64,000 nucleotides of DNA from Thainema sp. (GTDB lineage: Bacteria > Cyanobacteriota > Cyanobacteriia > Phormidesmidales > Phormidesmidaceae): contig JBQLZK010000006.1 of NCBI GenBank assembly GCA_052168235.1, positions 32,001 to 96,000 of the forward strand, read 5' to 3'. The position numbers and the translations under genes are program-made. Under the pieces are notes generated by a model. It did not search any database. It was given only the letters and a program-made list of their open reading frames with translations, and was not told where the DNA came from. This document shows, in pieces, positions 9,593-19,971 of the stretch; positions within the stretch are counted from its first letter, which is position 1, and each line of letters starts with the position of its first letter.

Positions 9593-9681
9593 TAGACTTT
9601 ATCGGAAATTGTTTTGTAGTGCGGCTCAGCCGCGCTACAAAACAGTTTCCAACCCCAAAACTTTATTTCCAATAAAGTCTA
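9593..9681. mobile_element. 89-bp MITE-like element
   Basis: Terminal inverted repeats TAGACTTTATCGGAAAT / ATTTCCAATAAAGTCTA (16/17), an internal hairpin, and flanking direct repeats TGACGAATCAT / TGACGAATTAT. Confidence 0.65.
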
Positions 9682-9784
9682 TTGACGAATTATTGATAGG
9701 GTGATTGGGCTGCACCGTGTTAATGTTTGCCGACTTATCAGTTTGCCCTGCTAATCTAGTGAAAGTCAGCAGGGCAAAAACGAG

Positions 9785-10432
9785 ATGAAAGTTAAGCACA
9801 GCATCAATCTCAGTAAAGGATTAACGGCTCCTTTTGTGCTGGGCCTGATGATGATTTATCAAAATTTTTCAGTAGCAGCCTGGGTTTATCTAGCGCTGCA
9901 TGGCACATACGGGATGTTGTGGCTGCTGAAAGATCGACTCTATCCCGATAAGCAGTGGGAACAAGAAATCTCTTTGCCAATGGGGTTGATAACGTTTGCT
10001 GTGGTGAATCTGTATTGGGTTGCGCCGTTTATTTTGATTAGCACTGGCGCTCAACCACCATTACCTTTAATTGCGGCTGCGATCGCAACTAATATTCTGG
10101 GCGTGTTTCTGCACTACGGCAGTGATGCGCAGAAGTATTACACCCTCAAGTACAAATCTGGGCTAATTACAGAGGGCTTTTTTGCCCGTTGCCGCAACCC
10201 CAACTATCTCGGCGAAATCTTCATTTATTTGGGATTTGCCATGCTGACGATGCACTGGCTACCGTTTGTGATTCTGGGCGGATTTGTTGCGGGTGTCTTT
10301 GTACCCAATATGCGGAAAAAGGATCAATCGCTGTCTCGTTACCCGGAATTCGAAGCGTACAAAGCGAGATCGGGACTGATTATTCCGAAGCTGTTTGTTA
10401 ATCAGCAGCAGATAACTGAGGAATCAGCATAA
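9785..10432 (+). CDS. DUF1295 / isoprenylcysteine-methyltransferase-like membrane protein
   Basis: Multiple TM helices; LITEGFFARCRNPNYLGE. Confidence 0.85.
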   Translation: MKVKHSINLSKGLTAPFVLGLMMIYQNFSVAAWVYLALHGTYGMLWLLKDRLYPDKQWEQEISLPMGLITFAVVNLYWVAPFILISTGAQPPLPLIAAAIATNILGVFLHYGSDAQKYYTLKYKSGLITEGFFARCRNPNYLGEIFIYLGFAMLTMHWLPFVILGGFVAGVFVPNMRKKDQSLSRYPEFEAYKARSGLIIPKLFVNQQQITEESA

Positions 10433-10455
10433 GTAGAGGTGCGATCGCAACCGTT

Positions 10456-10713
10456 TCATTCATAATGCGACCACACGGAAACGACGCGAATGGTTTTTGT
10501 TTCGTTGTCTACCGAATAAACCAAGCGGTGTTTGATATTGATGCGCCGCGAATAGTACCCCTGAAGATTTCCTGCGAGTTTTTCATAGGGTGGCTCATAA
10601 GGATTGCGCCTGAGAATGTCTCGTAAACTCTTAAGATTAGTCTCTAGATTGGCTGCTCTTAGCTTTTTCGCGTCCTTCAGAACTTGACGACTAAACTGAA
10701 TCGTCCATTCCAT
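10456..10713 (-). CDS. yoeB: Txe/YoeB-family toxin
   Basis: PPYEKLAGNLQGYYSRRINIKHRLVY...WSHYE. Confidence 0.92.
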   Translation of the reverse strand: MEWTIQFSRQVLKDAKKLRAANLETNLKSLRDILRRNPYEPPYEKLAGNLQGYYSRRINIKHRLVYSVDNETKTIRVVSVWSHYE

Positions 10714-10960
10714 CTAATTCTTCCAAAAACTCCTCTTCTGAAACCCACTCATCCGCCTGTTCAGCCGCCTTTACCGAGGCTACTAAACCTGGAATTGACT
10801 GCAAGTAAAGAGTTTCTTGCAAGCTATCCCAATCAGCTTTGGACAGCAAAACAGCGTTTCCTTTGCGACTGGTAATTTCTCGGGGGATGTGATCTTTGTT
10901 GACTTGCTCAACTAGGTTAAACAGGTTAGCTCTAGCCTGACTTGCACTGAGAGACTCCAT
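10691..10960 (-). CDS. yefM: Phd/YefM-family antitoxin
   Basis: SASQARANLFNLVEQV...AVLLSKADWDSLQETLYLQS; overlaps the toxin gene. Confidence 0.92.
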   Translation of the reverse strand: MESLSASQARANLFNLVEQVNKDHIPREITSRKGNAVLLSKADWDSLQETLYLQSIPGLVASVKAAEQADEWVSEEEFLEELDGMDDSV

Positions 10961-10976
10961 TGACAACCTCAATTGA

Positions 10977-10994
10977 TGTACGACTTATTGTACT
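10977..10994 (-). promoter_or_regulatory. Probable yefM-yoeB autorepression operator
   Basis: Two TGTAC cores 12 bp apart just upstream of the antitoxin start, like the known TGTACA double operator. Confidence 0.55.
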
Positions 10995-11019
10995 GTGGAG
11001 AATTTGAGAACTGCCAGTA

Positions 11020-11481
11020 TTAGTCCTCTTGCACAACTGGATACTGATCAAAGCGATGCATCAAATCCAGAAGCTCCTCCTGTGTGGGTTGCCGACCGTC
11101 TTTTGTCAGTTCAGCCAGTCCTTCAAAATATTGTTCACGTGAATCGGCAGGACAGAACATAATCAACAATTTTGCGGGTACATCTCCTGGATTGGAGAAG
11201 CCATGCGGCGTATTTTCGGGAACTAGCATGAGTGCGCCTGGGGCAGCCGATATCCGTTCCTGATTGAGAACCAGCTCAACTGCCCCTTCCACGACGTAAA
11301 AGATTTCCGTCAGTTGCTTGTGAATGTGGGGGCTGGCACCACCACTACCCGGTGCCATCGTGAATTCGAATAAGCCGAAGTGACCGTGGGTATCGTCACC
11401 CGTGACCTTGAAGGTGCAGGTACTAGTGCGAATCTGCACAGAGCGACCTTCACCAGGCTGCAAAATTAGCGGTAAAGACAT
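11020..11481 (-). CDS. Cupin-domain protein
   Basis: PHIHKQLTEIFYVVEG...VPENTPHGFSN. Confidence 0.9.
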   Translation of the reverse strand: MSLPLILQPGEGRSVQIRTSTCTFKVTGDDTHGHFGLFEFTMAPGSGGASPHIHKQLTEIFYVVEGAVELVLNQERISAAPGALMLVPENTPHGFSNPGDVPAKLLIMFCPADSREQYFEGLAELTKDGRQPTQEELLDLMHRFDQYPVVQED

Positions 11482-11542
11482 GAGACCTTTTATATTTAAT
11501 GGGGCAATTGCGACAACCATAACCGCATTAATTTTAATCAGC

Positions 11543-12253
11543 TCATCTGCTGCTGAACTCAGGCCGTACGATTCTTAGCATCTCGTTCGCACCTTTTTGG
11601 AACTCGTACGCCACTGGCACCTGTTCAACGCTGTATCCCGCTTCAGTGAAGGTGTTGATGACGGGATCAAGGTGTTGCGATCGCAGTAAATCCAGCGTCA
11701 GCAGCGGAAAAATTCGCACTTCGGAACTGACGCGCAGCATGTCGCGAATCGAGTCAATGTGAAACGCCGTATCAAAATGGTCAGAGTACAGAAACAGCAG
11801 GTGAGAACATAGCGCTAGGTCAAACGCATTGTCGGCAATATCCAAACTGGGCAGCGTCTGCACCTGATAGCGTCTCTCGCGCTGGCCCTGGTCGTAGTCC
11901 TGAATAAACCGCTGGATGGTTTGGCTGCGACTCTGGCGCAAATCTGCGGGGGAACGGTGATAGCCCCAGACATAATCATTGGACGTTGCGGTCACCTGTT
12001 CAATAATGTCGTCCACGACGGTATTGAAGCGCTCTAGGATATCGGCTCCGCTAAATTGGTAAATGGGATCAACTGACAGGACAGACGCGCCCAGCGCGGT
12101 CGCTTCGGCGTTGAAGCTGGCTGGCCCATCGCCTACGCCAATGATGCGCCGCTGCAAGTCGGCATCGGTTAGATTAAAAATCTTGCGATATTCATCCAGG
12201 GAGCGACCAAAGGGGACAACCTGTTGAAGTTTTACAACCATTTGCGATGACAA
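11543..12253 (-). CDS. Class I SAM-dependent methyltransferase
   Basis: IIGVGDGPASF, FDLALCSHLLFLY. Confidence 0.85.
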   Translation of the reverse strand: MSSQMVVKLQQVVPFGRSLDEYRKIFNLTDADLQRRIIGVGDGPASFNAEATALGASVLSVDPIYQFSGADILERFNTVVDDIIEQVTATSNDYVWGYHRSPADLRQSRSQTIQRFIQDYDQGQRERRYQVQTLPSLDIADNAFDLALCSHLLFLYSDHFDTAFHIDSIRDMLRVSSEVRIFPLLTLDLLRSQHLDPVINTFTEAGYSVEQVPVAYEFQKGANEMLRIVRPEFSSR

Positions 12254-12381
12254 AACGCTATCAATAGAGTTTAGCTAGCCTCTGTAAAACAACAGCATCT
12301 GAATCGTTGTGTTTTGATAATAGAAATGCATCTTGTTAATTGATTGACAAATATCGTAAGCCCACAATCGTGAACTGAACG

Positions 12382-13209
12382 ATGAGCCAACCCCTCACCC
12401 ATTTGTCTCAAGGCCATCTCAACCTGTTAGAGCAGTGTCCCCGCAAGTTTCAGCATACGTACCTGGATCAGTTGCGGACTCCGCCGACGCCGGAGCAGCA
12501 GCAGCGCATGGAGTGGGGGCAGCATTTTCACTTGCTCATGCAGCAGCGCGAGTTGGGTTTACCGCTGGATGTCCCGGCTCAGACAGAACCGGATCTCTCT
12601 CAGGCCATGCAGGCTCTGATTGCGGCGGCCCCCGATGTGTTTACGCCAACTCCCGATCAGTTTCGCCAGAGTGAACATCGCCGCACGCTAGAAGTGCAGG
12701 GCTACTTGCTGACGGTTGTGTATGACCTGTTGCTGCTAGAGCCAAGTCAAGCTCAAATCCTCGACTGGAAAACCTATCCCAGACCGCACAATCGCGATCG
12801 CTTAGCGCGAGATTGGCAAACGCGGCTCTATCTGTACGTGTTGGCAGAAACCACTGATCTAGAGCCGGAGCAGATTTCGATGACCTACTGGTTTACGAGA
12901 ACCGGACAATCAGGGGGCGCTCATTCATCCCATCAGCCTGCCTATAAACCGCAGTGCGATCGCTTTGCCTACAACCACACATGGCATGAGCAGACGCGCC
13001 AGCAGTTGACCACCTTACTCACGCGGTTGACGCAGTGGCAGCAGGATTACCAACAGGGAATTGAATTCCCGCAGGTGAGTCTAGAAAACGGAAGTTGCGA
13101 TCGCTGTTCTCATGCCATTCGCTGTTATCGGCTGGATGCCCAACCACAACCGTTTGATGTCGCGGCAATGTCCATGTCTCTAGATGAGATCGAAGAGGTC
13201 GTTCTCTAG
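12382..13209 (+). CDS. PD-(D/E)XK nuclease, solo Cas4/AddB-like
   Basis: CPRKF...YDLLLL...ILDWKT...QTRLY...CDRCSHAIRC (four-Cys Fe-S staple). Confidence 0.85.
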   Translation: MSQPLTHLSQGHLNLLEQCPRKFQHTYLDQLRTPPTPEQQQRMEWGQHFHLLMQQRELGLPLDVPAQTEPDLSQAMQALIAAAPDVFTPTPDQFRQSEHRRTLEVQGYLLTVVYDLLLLEPSQAQILDWKTYPRPHNRDRLARDWQTRLYLYVLAETTDLEPEQISMTYWFTRTGQSGGAHSSHQPAYKPQCDRFAYNHTWHEQTRQQLTTLLTRLTQWQQDYQQGIEFPQVSLENGSCDRCSHAIRCYRLDAQPQPFDVAAMSMSLDEIEEVVL

Positions 13210-13263
13210 GACGAAATCTACCAGGAAAACCCAGACTATAGTGATTTCAGTTAAGAGTGAGAA

Positions 13264-13310
13264 AACGAGAGAGGAGAGTGCCTCAGGCTGAGGCACTCTC
13301 CTCTCTCGTT
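13264..13310. repeat. Long palindrome between convergent genes; terminator or repeat element
   Basis: AACGAGAGAGGAGAGTGCCTCAG-G-CTGAGGCACTCTCCTCTCTCGTT. Confidence 0.8.
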
Positions 13311-13349
13311 CTTAAAATCATGACCGATGCACCGCTGCCAGATAGAGTT

Positions 13350-14429
13350 TTACGCCACGATTGACGTTTTCGGACGTGCGAAGATCATTCGGCCTGCCGA
13401 TGTTTGTAGAGAGCCCGTTACGACCACGCCCATCTCGTCACCGATATAATCTGCACCTTCCTCGACCACAACCATCGTGCCATCATTCAGATAGCCAACG
13501 CCCTGCGAGGCTTCTTTACCTTCTTTGAGAATACGCAGTTCCAGATCATCACCTGGCAAATAGGCAGGACGTAGCGACTGGGCCAGATCGTTGATATTGA
13601 GGACTACTACCTGCTGTAGGCTGGCAACCTTATTGAGGTTATAGTCATTCGTCAGCAAGGTTCCATGAATTTCTTGCGTCAGCCGCACCAGTTTGGCATC
13701 GACGGTCGTGAGGTCGTCATAATCCGTGGTGTTGATGACAAGGCGGTTGGGATAGGCCTCTTGCATGCGTTTGAGAATATCGAGTCCCCGCCGACCCCGC
13801 ACTCGCTTTTGGTCATTGGAACCGTCGGCAATCAACTGCAGCTCTTGCAGCACAAACTGGGGGATGAGAATTTGACCTTCGAGAAAGCCGGTTTGCAGCA
13901 ACTCCTCGATCCGACCGTCGATGATGCAGCTAGTGTCCAGCACCTTGGTCGTTGAAGGCTTGAGGGTGCCCTCAGCCAGCAGCATGGTTTCAACACTGTT
14001 GGGATTAATCAGCCGCAGCAGCGCCCGACCGTGAGCATCGGCCAGATTAACTCCTGTCACCGCAAAGATAACGCTACCAAGGACGGCGGTTAGGGGTTTA
14101 ATAAAGGCAAATTCTTGTGGAATGGGCAGCAAGAACAGCGGGGCCAGCATTAGATTCGCGACCAGCAAACCCAGCACGAGACCCACCGCACGGCTGAGTA
14201 GTTGATCGACTGGCATGTCCCGAACTTGGGCTTCCACTCGACGATAGGTGGTTTGAGCGGTGATGCCTATTCCTAAGCCCAGCAGACCGCCAAAACCTGC
14301 CGTTACTAAGCTTAAGCCTTCTAGATTGGTGACTTGGGCGAGAGTATTTTCTGGCAGCAGTTCAACGCCATAAAAGCCAATGCCTGCCCCTGCTAGGATG
14401 AATGAGAAAATAATAATGGTATCAAGCAT
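13350..14429 (-). CDS. PIN/TRAM-domain membrane protein (YacL-like)
   Basis: TM N-terminus; KVLDTSCIIDGRI, LLTNDYNLNKVA, QGVGYLNDGTMVVVE, QTSAGRMIFA. Confidence 0.93.
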   Translation of the reverse strand: MLDTIIIFSFILAGAGIGFYGVELLPENTLAQVTNLEGLSLVTAGFGGLLGLGIGITAQTTYRRVEAQVRDMPVDQLLSRAVGLVLGLLVANLMLAPLFLLPIPQEFAFIKPLTAVLGSVIFAVTGVNLADAHGRALLRLINPNSVETMLLAEGTLKPSTTKVLDTSCIIDGRIEELLQTGFLEGQILIPQFVLQELQLIADGSNDQKRVRGRRGLDILKRMQEAYPNRLVINTTDYDDLTTVDAKLVRLTQEIHGTLLTNDYNLNKVASLQQVVVLNINDLAQSLRPAYLPGDDLELRILKEGKEASQGVGYLNDGTMVVVEEGADYIGDEMGVVVTGSLQTSAGRMIFARPKTSIVA

Positions 14430-14566
14430 AGTTTCCCAGCCCTTGGACAATGGTCTGAAACCGTAGTCAAATTCTTGGCCTCATTATATCGCTCTCATTC
14501 CCAGGACTTGTTCAGCGTGGCCAATTGTAGCGTATAGACACAATTTACCTTCCATCGCGATCAACG

Positions 14567-15883
14567 ATGAATCATGACCCCACACGCTGGCATGGCAATC
14601 CTCAGGCTGCTTATGTGCATATTCCGTTTTGCCGTCGGCGCTGCTTTTACTGCGATTTCCCGATTTCGGTGGTGGGCGATCGCAAACGAGGTGAAACGTC
14701 AGGCACGATTGCTCAGTATGTTGACGAGTTATGTCAGGAAATCATAGCAACACCAAAGATTGCAAACCGTCCGTTGCGAACCGTGTTTTTTGGTGGCGGC
14801 ACCCCATCTTTACTCGCCGTTGAGCAAGTCCAGCAGATACTGGATACGTTGCACCAGCAGTTTGGCATTGCGGCCCCTGCCGAAATTTCGATGGAAATGG
14901 ATCCTGGCACGTTCGATTTAGCCCATGTCACGGGGTATCGAGAGGCCGGAGTAAATCGGATTAGCTTGGGCGTGCAGGCATTTGATGATGATCTGCTGGA
15001 ACGCTGTGGTCGCTTTCACCGGGTTGCGGATGTGTATCAAGCCGTTGATCTACTCAAGACGGCGGGGGTGAAAAATTTCAGCCTTGATTTGATTTCGGGT
15101 CTGCCGACTCAAACCTTGACCCAGTGGCAGACATTTCTAAAAAACGCGATCGCACTTCAGCCTGCCCATATCTCTGTCTATGATTTGACGATTGAACCGA
15201 TGACACCGTTTGGGCGGCAGTATGAACCGGGCCTTGCGCCTCTGCCGTCCGATGAAGCCACCACCGAGATGTATCGCATGGCGCAGCAGGTTCTCACGCA
15301 GGCTGGCTATCGCCACTACGAAATTTCCAACTATGCCCAGCCCGGATATGAATGCCGCCACAATCTGGTGTATTGGCACAATCAGCCTTACTACGGCTTC
15401 GGTATGGGAGCCGCCAGTTATATCAACAACCAGCGCTTCTCCCGGCCCCGCACCCGCCGCGAGTATTTTGACTGGGTCGCAGCTTATCAGCAGAATCACG
15501 GCAAAATCGAGTGCGATCGCACATCCCCAACGGAGCAAATGCTGGATACGCTAATGCTCAATCTGCGTCTGGCCGACGGCATCCCACTGGTGGATTTGCA
15601 AGATCGCTTTGGTGCAGAGCGCCTGCGTCAAGTTAGCCAAATCTTACTGCCCTTTTGCGATCGCAATTGGATCATCCTCAAACATCATCAATCATCAACC
15701 CCGACCGCGCTCTCCCCCCAAGCTACTCAACAACTGCTCACACCTTTGGTGAATCGGAACGAGACGTGCGATCGCAACCCCGATCTAACTCATTTCCACC
15801 TCTGCCTCAGCGATCCAGAAGGCTTTTTGTTCTCAAATGTGGTGTTGTCGAGTTTATTTCAGGCATTGGATGGTGAGACCTGA
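14567..15883 (+). CDS. hemW: Radical SAM heme chaperone HemW
   Basis: YVHIPFCRRRCFYCDF, FFGGGTPS, YEISNYA, HNLVYW. Confidence 0.93.
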   Translation: MNHDPTRWHGNPQAAYVHIPFCRRRCFYCDFPISVVGDRKRGETSGTIAQYVDELCQEIIATPKIANRPLRTVFFGGGTPSLLAVEQVQQILDTLHQQFGIAAPAEISMEMDPGTFDLAHVTGYREAGVNRISLGVQAFDDDLLERCGRFHRVADVYQAVDLLKTAGVKNFSLDLISGLPTQTLTQWQTFLKNAIALQPAHISVYDLTIEPMTPFGRQYEPGLAPLPSDEATTEMYRMAQQVLTQAGYRHYEISNYAQPGYECRHNLVYWHNQPYYGFGMGAASYINNQRFSRPRTRREYFDWVAAYQQNHGKIECDRTSPTEQMLDTLMLNLRLADGIPLVDLQDRFGAERLRQVSQILLPFCDRNWIILKHHQSSTPTALSPQATQQLLTPLVNRNETCDRNPDLTHFHLCLSDPEGFLFSNVVLSSLFQALDGET

Positions 15884-15945
15884 GGTCAACTCTGGCCGGA
15901 TCTCTCTACTAATCGATCGGTTTTCCTCCCATTCATTTCCAATCG

Positions 15946-15961
15946 GTTCGGTCAATTCGAC
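15946..15961 (+). promoter_or_regulatory. K-box-like element upstream of dnaK
   Basis: GTTCGG-TCAA-TTCGAC against consensus GTTCGG-NNAN-CCNNAC, about 160 bp upstream of dnaK. Confidence 0.5.
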
Positions 15962-16120
15962 TGCATATGTGATTAAAGCCGAATTGGGTTACCCCGAAGG
16001 CTTGCCTATCCTAATAATTAAGCGCTCACAAAAAGCAACCTCACTGTAATTCTTACCAATTCATTTTTTGAGTCGCAGTTTTTAGATTAGGACGCAGATT
16101 AGGGAAGTTAGAGAATCAAT

Positions 16121-18025
16121 ATGGCTAAGATTGTTGGAATTGACTTAGGTACAACCAACTCCTGTGTAGCGGTTATGGAAGGTGGTAAGCCAACTGTAAT
16201 TGCCAACTCAGAAGGCGGACGCACAACCCCATCCGTTGTCGCCTACGCCAAAAATGGCGATCGCTTGGTGGGCCAAATTGCGAAGCGTCAGGCCGTCATG
16301 AATCCACAGAATACTTTTTATTCCGTGAAGCGATTCATCGGTCGAAAATCCGACGAAGTGAAGCAAGAAACCACCGAGGTTTCCTATACCGTTGAGCGAG
16401 ACAGCAGCGGCAATGTCAAACTGGACTGTCCACAGCAGAGCAAGAAATTCGCCCCAGAAGAAGTCTCTGCTCAGGTACTTCGTAAGCTGGTCGATGATGC
16501 TAGCAAGTATCTCGGCGAAACCGTGACCCAAGCGGTCATCACTGTCCCGGCATACTTCAACGACTCGCAGCGACAGGCCACCAAAGATGCAGGGAAAATC
16601 GCTGGCGTTGAAGTCCTGCGGATTATCAACGAGCCGACTGCCGCATCATTGGCTTACGGTCTCGACAAGAAGAGCAACGAAACCATTCTGGTCTTTGACT
16701 TGGGTGGTGGTACGTTCGACGTATCCGTCTTAGAAGTCGGTGACGGCGTGTTTGAAGTCCTGTCTACCTCTGGTGACACTCACTTAGGTGGTGACGACTT
16801 CGACAAGAAGATTGTGGACTGGATTGCCGAAGAGTTTCAGCGCAATGAAGGCGTTGATCTACGCAAAGATAAGCAAGCGCTCCAGCGACTGACTGAAGCC
16901 GCTGAGAAAGCCAAGATCGAGCTATCTAGCGCAACCCAGGCCAGCATCAGCCTGCCGTTCATTACGGCGACGCAGGACGGGCCGAAGCACGTTGACATGA
17001 CCTTGACCCGCGCTCAGTTTGAGTCCCTCTGCTCTGATCTGCTGGATCGCTGTCGCGTACCCGTGGAGCAGGCGCTGAAGGATGCCAAACTGTCAGCGTC
17101 TGACCTAGATGAAGTCGTGCTAGTGGGTGGTTCAACCCGGATTCCGGCAGTACAGGAACTGGTGAAGCGGATTACCAACAAAGATCCGAACCAAGGCGTG
17201 AACCCTGACGAAGTGGTTGCCATTGGTGCCGCAGTCCAAGCGGGTGTCCTCGGTGGCGAAGTGAAAGATATTTTGCTGCTTGACGTGACGCCGCTGTCCC
17301 TCGGTGTAGAAACGATGGGTAGCGTCATGACCAAACTCATCCCGCGTAACACCACCATTCCGGCCAAGAAGTCTGAGGTCTTCTCGACTGCTCAGGATGG
17401 CCAAACCAGCGTTGAAATCAACGTCCTCCAGGGTGAGCGGGAAATGGCTAATGACAACAAGAGCTTGGGCACGTTCCGTCTTGACGGTATTCCTGCCGCA
17501 CCCCGTGGCGTACCGCAAATCGAAGTCACCTTTGATATTGACGCCAACGGTATCCTGTCTGTCTCCGCGCAGGACAAAGCATCCGGTAAGCAGCAGTCGA
17601 TTACGATCACTGGCGCATCCACGCTGGATGACAACGAAATCAACCGCATGGTCAAGGATGCTGAAGCGAATGCGGAAGCTGACCGCCAACGCCGTGAATT
17701 AGTTGACGCTAAGAACAGTGCCGATGCCCTGGCTTATCAGGCCGAGAAGCAGCTCAAGGATCTCAATGGTCAAGTGCCTGAAGCCGATAAGACCCGCGTC
17801 GAAGCCCTGGTCAAGGATCTGCGGGAAGCGGTGAACAGCGAAGATCGCGATCGCATTCAGTCCCTCACCCATGATCTGCAACAGGCACTCATGCAAGTGG
17901 GCAGCGCTGTTTACGGTCAGGCACAGCAGGCCCAAGCTGACGGTGCAACTGGCACGGGTGAAGCGGGTTCTGCCAACGGCAGCAATGACGATGTGATTGA
18001 CGCTGACTTTGTCGAGTCGAAGTAG
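16121..18025 (+). CDS. dnaK: Chaperone DnaK (DnaK2-type)
   Basis: [29 protein letters not shown]-terminal DDVIDADF. Confidence 0.98.
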   Translation: MAKIVGIDLGTTNSCVAVMEGGKPTVIANSEGGRTTPSVVAYAKNGDRLVGQIAKRQAVMNPQNTFYSVKRFIGRKSDEVKQETTEVSYTVERDSSGNVKLDCPQQSKKFAPEEVSAQVLRKLVDDASKYLGETVTQAVITVPAYFNDSQRQATKDAGKIAGVEVLRIINEPTAASLAYGLDKKSNETILVFDLGGGTFDVSVLEVGDGVFEVLSTSGDTHLGGDDFDKKIVDWIAEEFQRNEGVDLRKDKQALQRLTEAAEKAKIELSSATQASISLPFITATQDGPKHVDMTLTRAQFESLCSDLLDRCRVPVEQALKDAKLSASDLDEVVLVGGSTRIPAVQELVKRITNKDPNQGVNPDEVVAIGAAVQAGVLGGEVKDILLLDVTPLSLGVETMGSVMTKLIPRNTTIPAKKSEVFSTAQDGQTSVEINVLQGEREMANDNKSLGTFRLDGIPAAPRGVPQIEVTFDIDANGILSVSAQDKASGKQQSITITGASTLDDNEINRMVKDAEANAEADRQRRELVDAKNSADALAYQAEKQLKDLNGQVPEADKTRVEALVKDLREAVNSEDRDRIQSLTHDLQQALMQVGSAVYGQAQQAQADGATGTGEAGSANGSNDDVIDADFVESK

Positions 18026-18071
18026 TGTCGGCCATCACGCTTGCACCTTGCTGATTAGGAATTTGAACGGT

Positions 18072-18101
18072 TTTTGCCGCCGCATTGCGGCGGCAAAAAC
18101 C
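18072..18101 (+). terminator. Hairpin downstream of dnaK (approximate bounds)
   Basis: TTTTTGCCGCCGCA-T-TGCGGCGGCAAAAA. Confidence 0.65.
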
Positions 18102-18294
18102 TCGTCAGGTTTGGGTGCAAATTGCATGCTTAAAAATTTTGCAGAGGAAGTGCAGCTGCGCTTCCTCTTTTTGGGGCGTATTGAGCTTTTTAAGTTTGGT
18201 CGTATTAAGGTGTGTTTGCAAAATTCGATTCAGTGAACCGAAACCTCTACAGTAAAAAGATGAGTGGAAATACTTTGTCGTACCCGATTAACTA

Positions 18295-18480
18295 ATGCGC
18301 GATTCTGATCTCACTGATGTCATCATCTGGACTCCCGAAGCGGAGGCCAAACTCAAAAACATCCCGTTTTTTGTGCGATCGCAGGCACGCCAGCGAATTG
18401 AGGCCATTGCCAGAGCTGCGGACGAGCAAACGGTCACAGTTGAACTGGTCGAACGAGTACGTCTCCAGTTCGGGCAGTAA
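18295..18480 (+). CDS. PCP_red-domain small protein
   Basis: [25 protein letters not shown]. Confidence 0.85.
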   Translation: MRDSDLTDVIIWTPEAEAKLKNIPFFVRSQARQRIEAIARAADEQTVTVELVERVRLQFGQ

Positions 18481-18503
18481 CGCTGTGCCAAATCAGCGCT
18501 GAT

Positions 18504-18538
18504 AGTCAAGGTGCCGCGCATAGCGCGGCACCTTGACT
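18504..18538. terminator. Hairpin between convergent genes
   Basis: AGTCAAGGTGCCGCGC-ATA-GCGCGGCACCTTGACT. Confidence 0.7.
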
Positions 18539-18542
18539 GTTC

Positions 18543-19808
18543 TCAGTCACTGTGAGGTTCGAGTAGCGTTTCAGCAAATTCGTATAAATCCGATTCGGAA
18601 TGACCGCTAAGCTGCCGATCTTTCAGCTCCAGCAGACCCTGCGCCAGATTGGTGGCCTGCTTTTTGTAGAGATAATGCGCGCTCAGCAAGTCGAGATACA
18701 CTTCTCGCTCGATTTGGCTGCGATCGGCAGTCTCGGACAAAGGTGAAGCGTAGGCTGTGCTGCTGGCTTCATACTTGAGCAGAAAAATGAGTGCGCCGCT
18801 TTTTTCCTGGAGCTGATCCTGGAGCGATCGCACATCGAGATCGAGCCGTTCGAAGCCAACTTGTCCTTGAATCCTGAATTCCACGACGGGAGCAGGTTCC
18901 GCCGGAATCTTGCCGCTCTGGACAGCCTGTTCAACAGTTGCGATCGCAGTTTGTTCAATGTCTTCAATCGTTTCTTGACCACGTGTTTGCAGCGACAGGC
19001 GCACAACCGGACGCTGATAGTAATCTTGCTTGAGCGTGGCTTTAATCGTTTTCGTTTGTGGCTGCACATCAACCAGATAAACGCCTCGCTGATAGCTGGC
19101 TTCTTCGACGCTGTTCGCTTCCAGCGATCCTGGATTAAAGATCCAGCCCTCCATTTCATAATTTTTGTGGATGTGCCCCAGTGCCAGGTAGTCAATGCCG
19201 ACGTCTCTTAGTGGCAGCAGTTCGCTGTAGCGCAGCGCTCCGGCATAGCGAGCAATTTGATCCTCTAGCCCGTGGTGAAACATCAAAATGTTGGTTCCAG
19301 CATGGGCGGGCAGTTCCTGTACGGCTGCGGCAATTTGCTCAATCGCTTTCGGTGCAGTTGCGCCATACCAGTAGGCCCCAATGACGCGGACGCCGCAATC
19401 CAAGTCAATATAGCCTCCCCTGCGGCCATCCCACGGTTCATAAAATGGCTCACCTACAGCAACATCACCAGGTTCGAGCAAAATCAACTGGCCCCAATCC
19501 GACAGGTAGCGCAGCCAGCTTGTGTTGATGCCGTAGGGACGATTATCGTGATTTCCCTCAATCGCAATTACCGGAATGTTGGCCGCTTGCAGCATGCGTA
19601 AGCAAAGCTGTGCCTGGTTCAGCACCGAGGGTTGAATATTGCGGTGCTCAAACAAATCGCCAGCAATCAGCACAAAATCAACCTCTGCTTCGATGGCATA
19701 TCGCTCAAGGACATCGCGTAAAGCCAGAAAGAAATCTTTGGTGCGCTCTTTATTCTGGTAGCGATCGAATCCCAGATGAATATCTGCGAGATGCAAGAAA
19801 CGTGCCAT
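18543..19808 (-). CDS. sbcD: SbcD/Mre11-family nuclease
   Basis: HLADIHLG, AGDLF, GNHD, YLALGHIH, NPGSLE. Confidence 0.92.
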   Translation of the reverse strand: MARFLHLADIHLGFDRYQNKERTKDFFLALRDVLERYAIEAEVDFVLIAGDLFEHRNIQPSVLNQAQLCLRMLQAANIPVIAIEGNHDNRPYGINTSWLRYLSDWGQLILLEPGDVAVGEPFYEPWDGRRGGYIDLDCGVRVIGAYWYGATAPKAIEQIAAAVQELPAHAGTNILMFHHGLEDQIARYAGALRYSELLPLRDVGIDYLALGHIHKNYEMEGWIFNPGSLEANSVEEASYQRGVYLVDVQPQTKTIKATLKQDYYQRPVVRLSLQTRGQETIEDIEQTAIATVEQAVQSGKIPAEPAPVVEFRIQGQVGFERLDLDVRSLQDQLQEKSGALIFLLKYEASSTAYASPLSETADRSQIEREVYLDLLSAHYLYKKQATNLAQGLLELKDRQLSGHSESDLYEFAETLLEPHSD

Positions 19809-19877
19809 AAGCCAAGGCTCAATGAGTTCGACAAGCTGAATCAGTCAAGCTAAATGGTAGCAAGCTTGTTCCCAGAA

Positions 19878-19891
19878 AGTACATCTGTTTC
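19878..19891 (-). promoter_or_regulatory. Possible LexA box upstream of sbcD
   Basis: AGTAC-ATC-TGTTTC has one mismatch to the cyanobacterial consensus RGTACNNNDGTWCB; 70 bp upstream of a DNA-repair gene. Confidence 0.35.
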
Positions 19892-19971
19892 AAACAAAAC
19901 CTTTTTGTTACTCGCCCAGTCGCAACTGGGAAATCTTAAACTCAAAGGTCAATTCGGCGGGAATCGTCATC

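Noticed and set aside
12382..13209. Cas4-like nuclease as a sign of CRISPR-Cas
   Set aside because: No cas1 or cas2 and no repeat-spacer array seen; the context is housekeeping
16208..17935. Several antisense and alternate-frame ORFs within dnaK
   Set aside because: Shadow ORFs produced by codon bias in a conserved gene
18543..19808. sbcD without an adjacent sbcC as an anomaly
   Set aside because: The two genes need not be linked; this cannot be judged from one window
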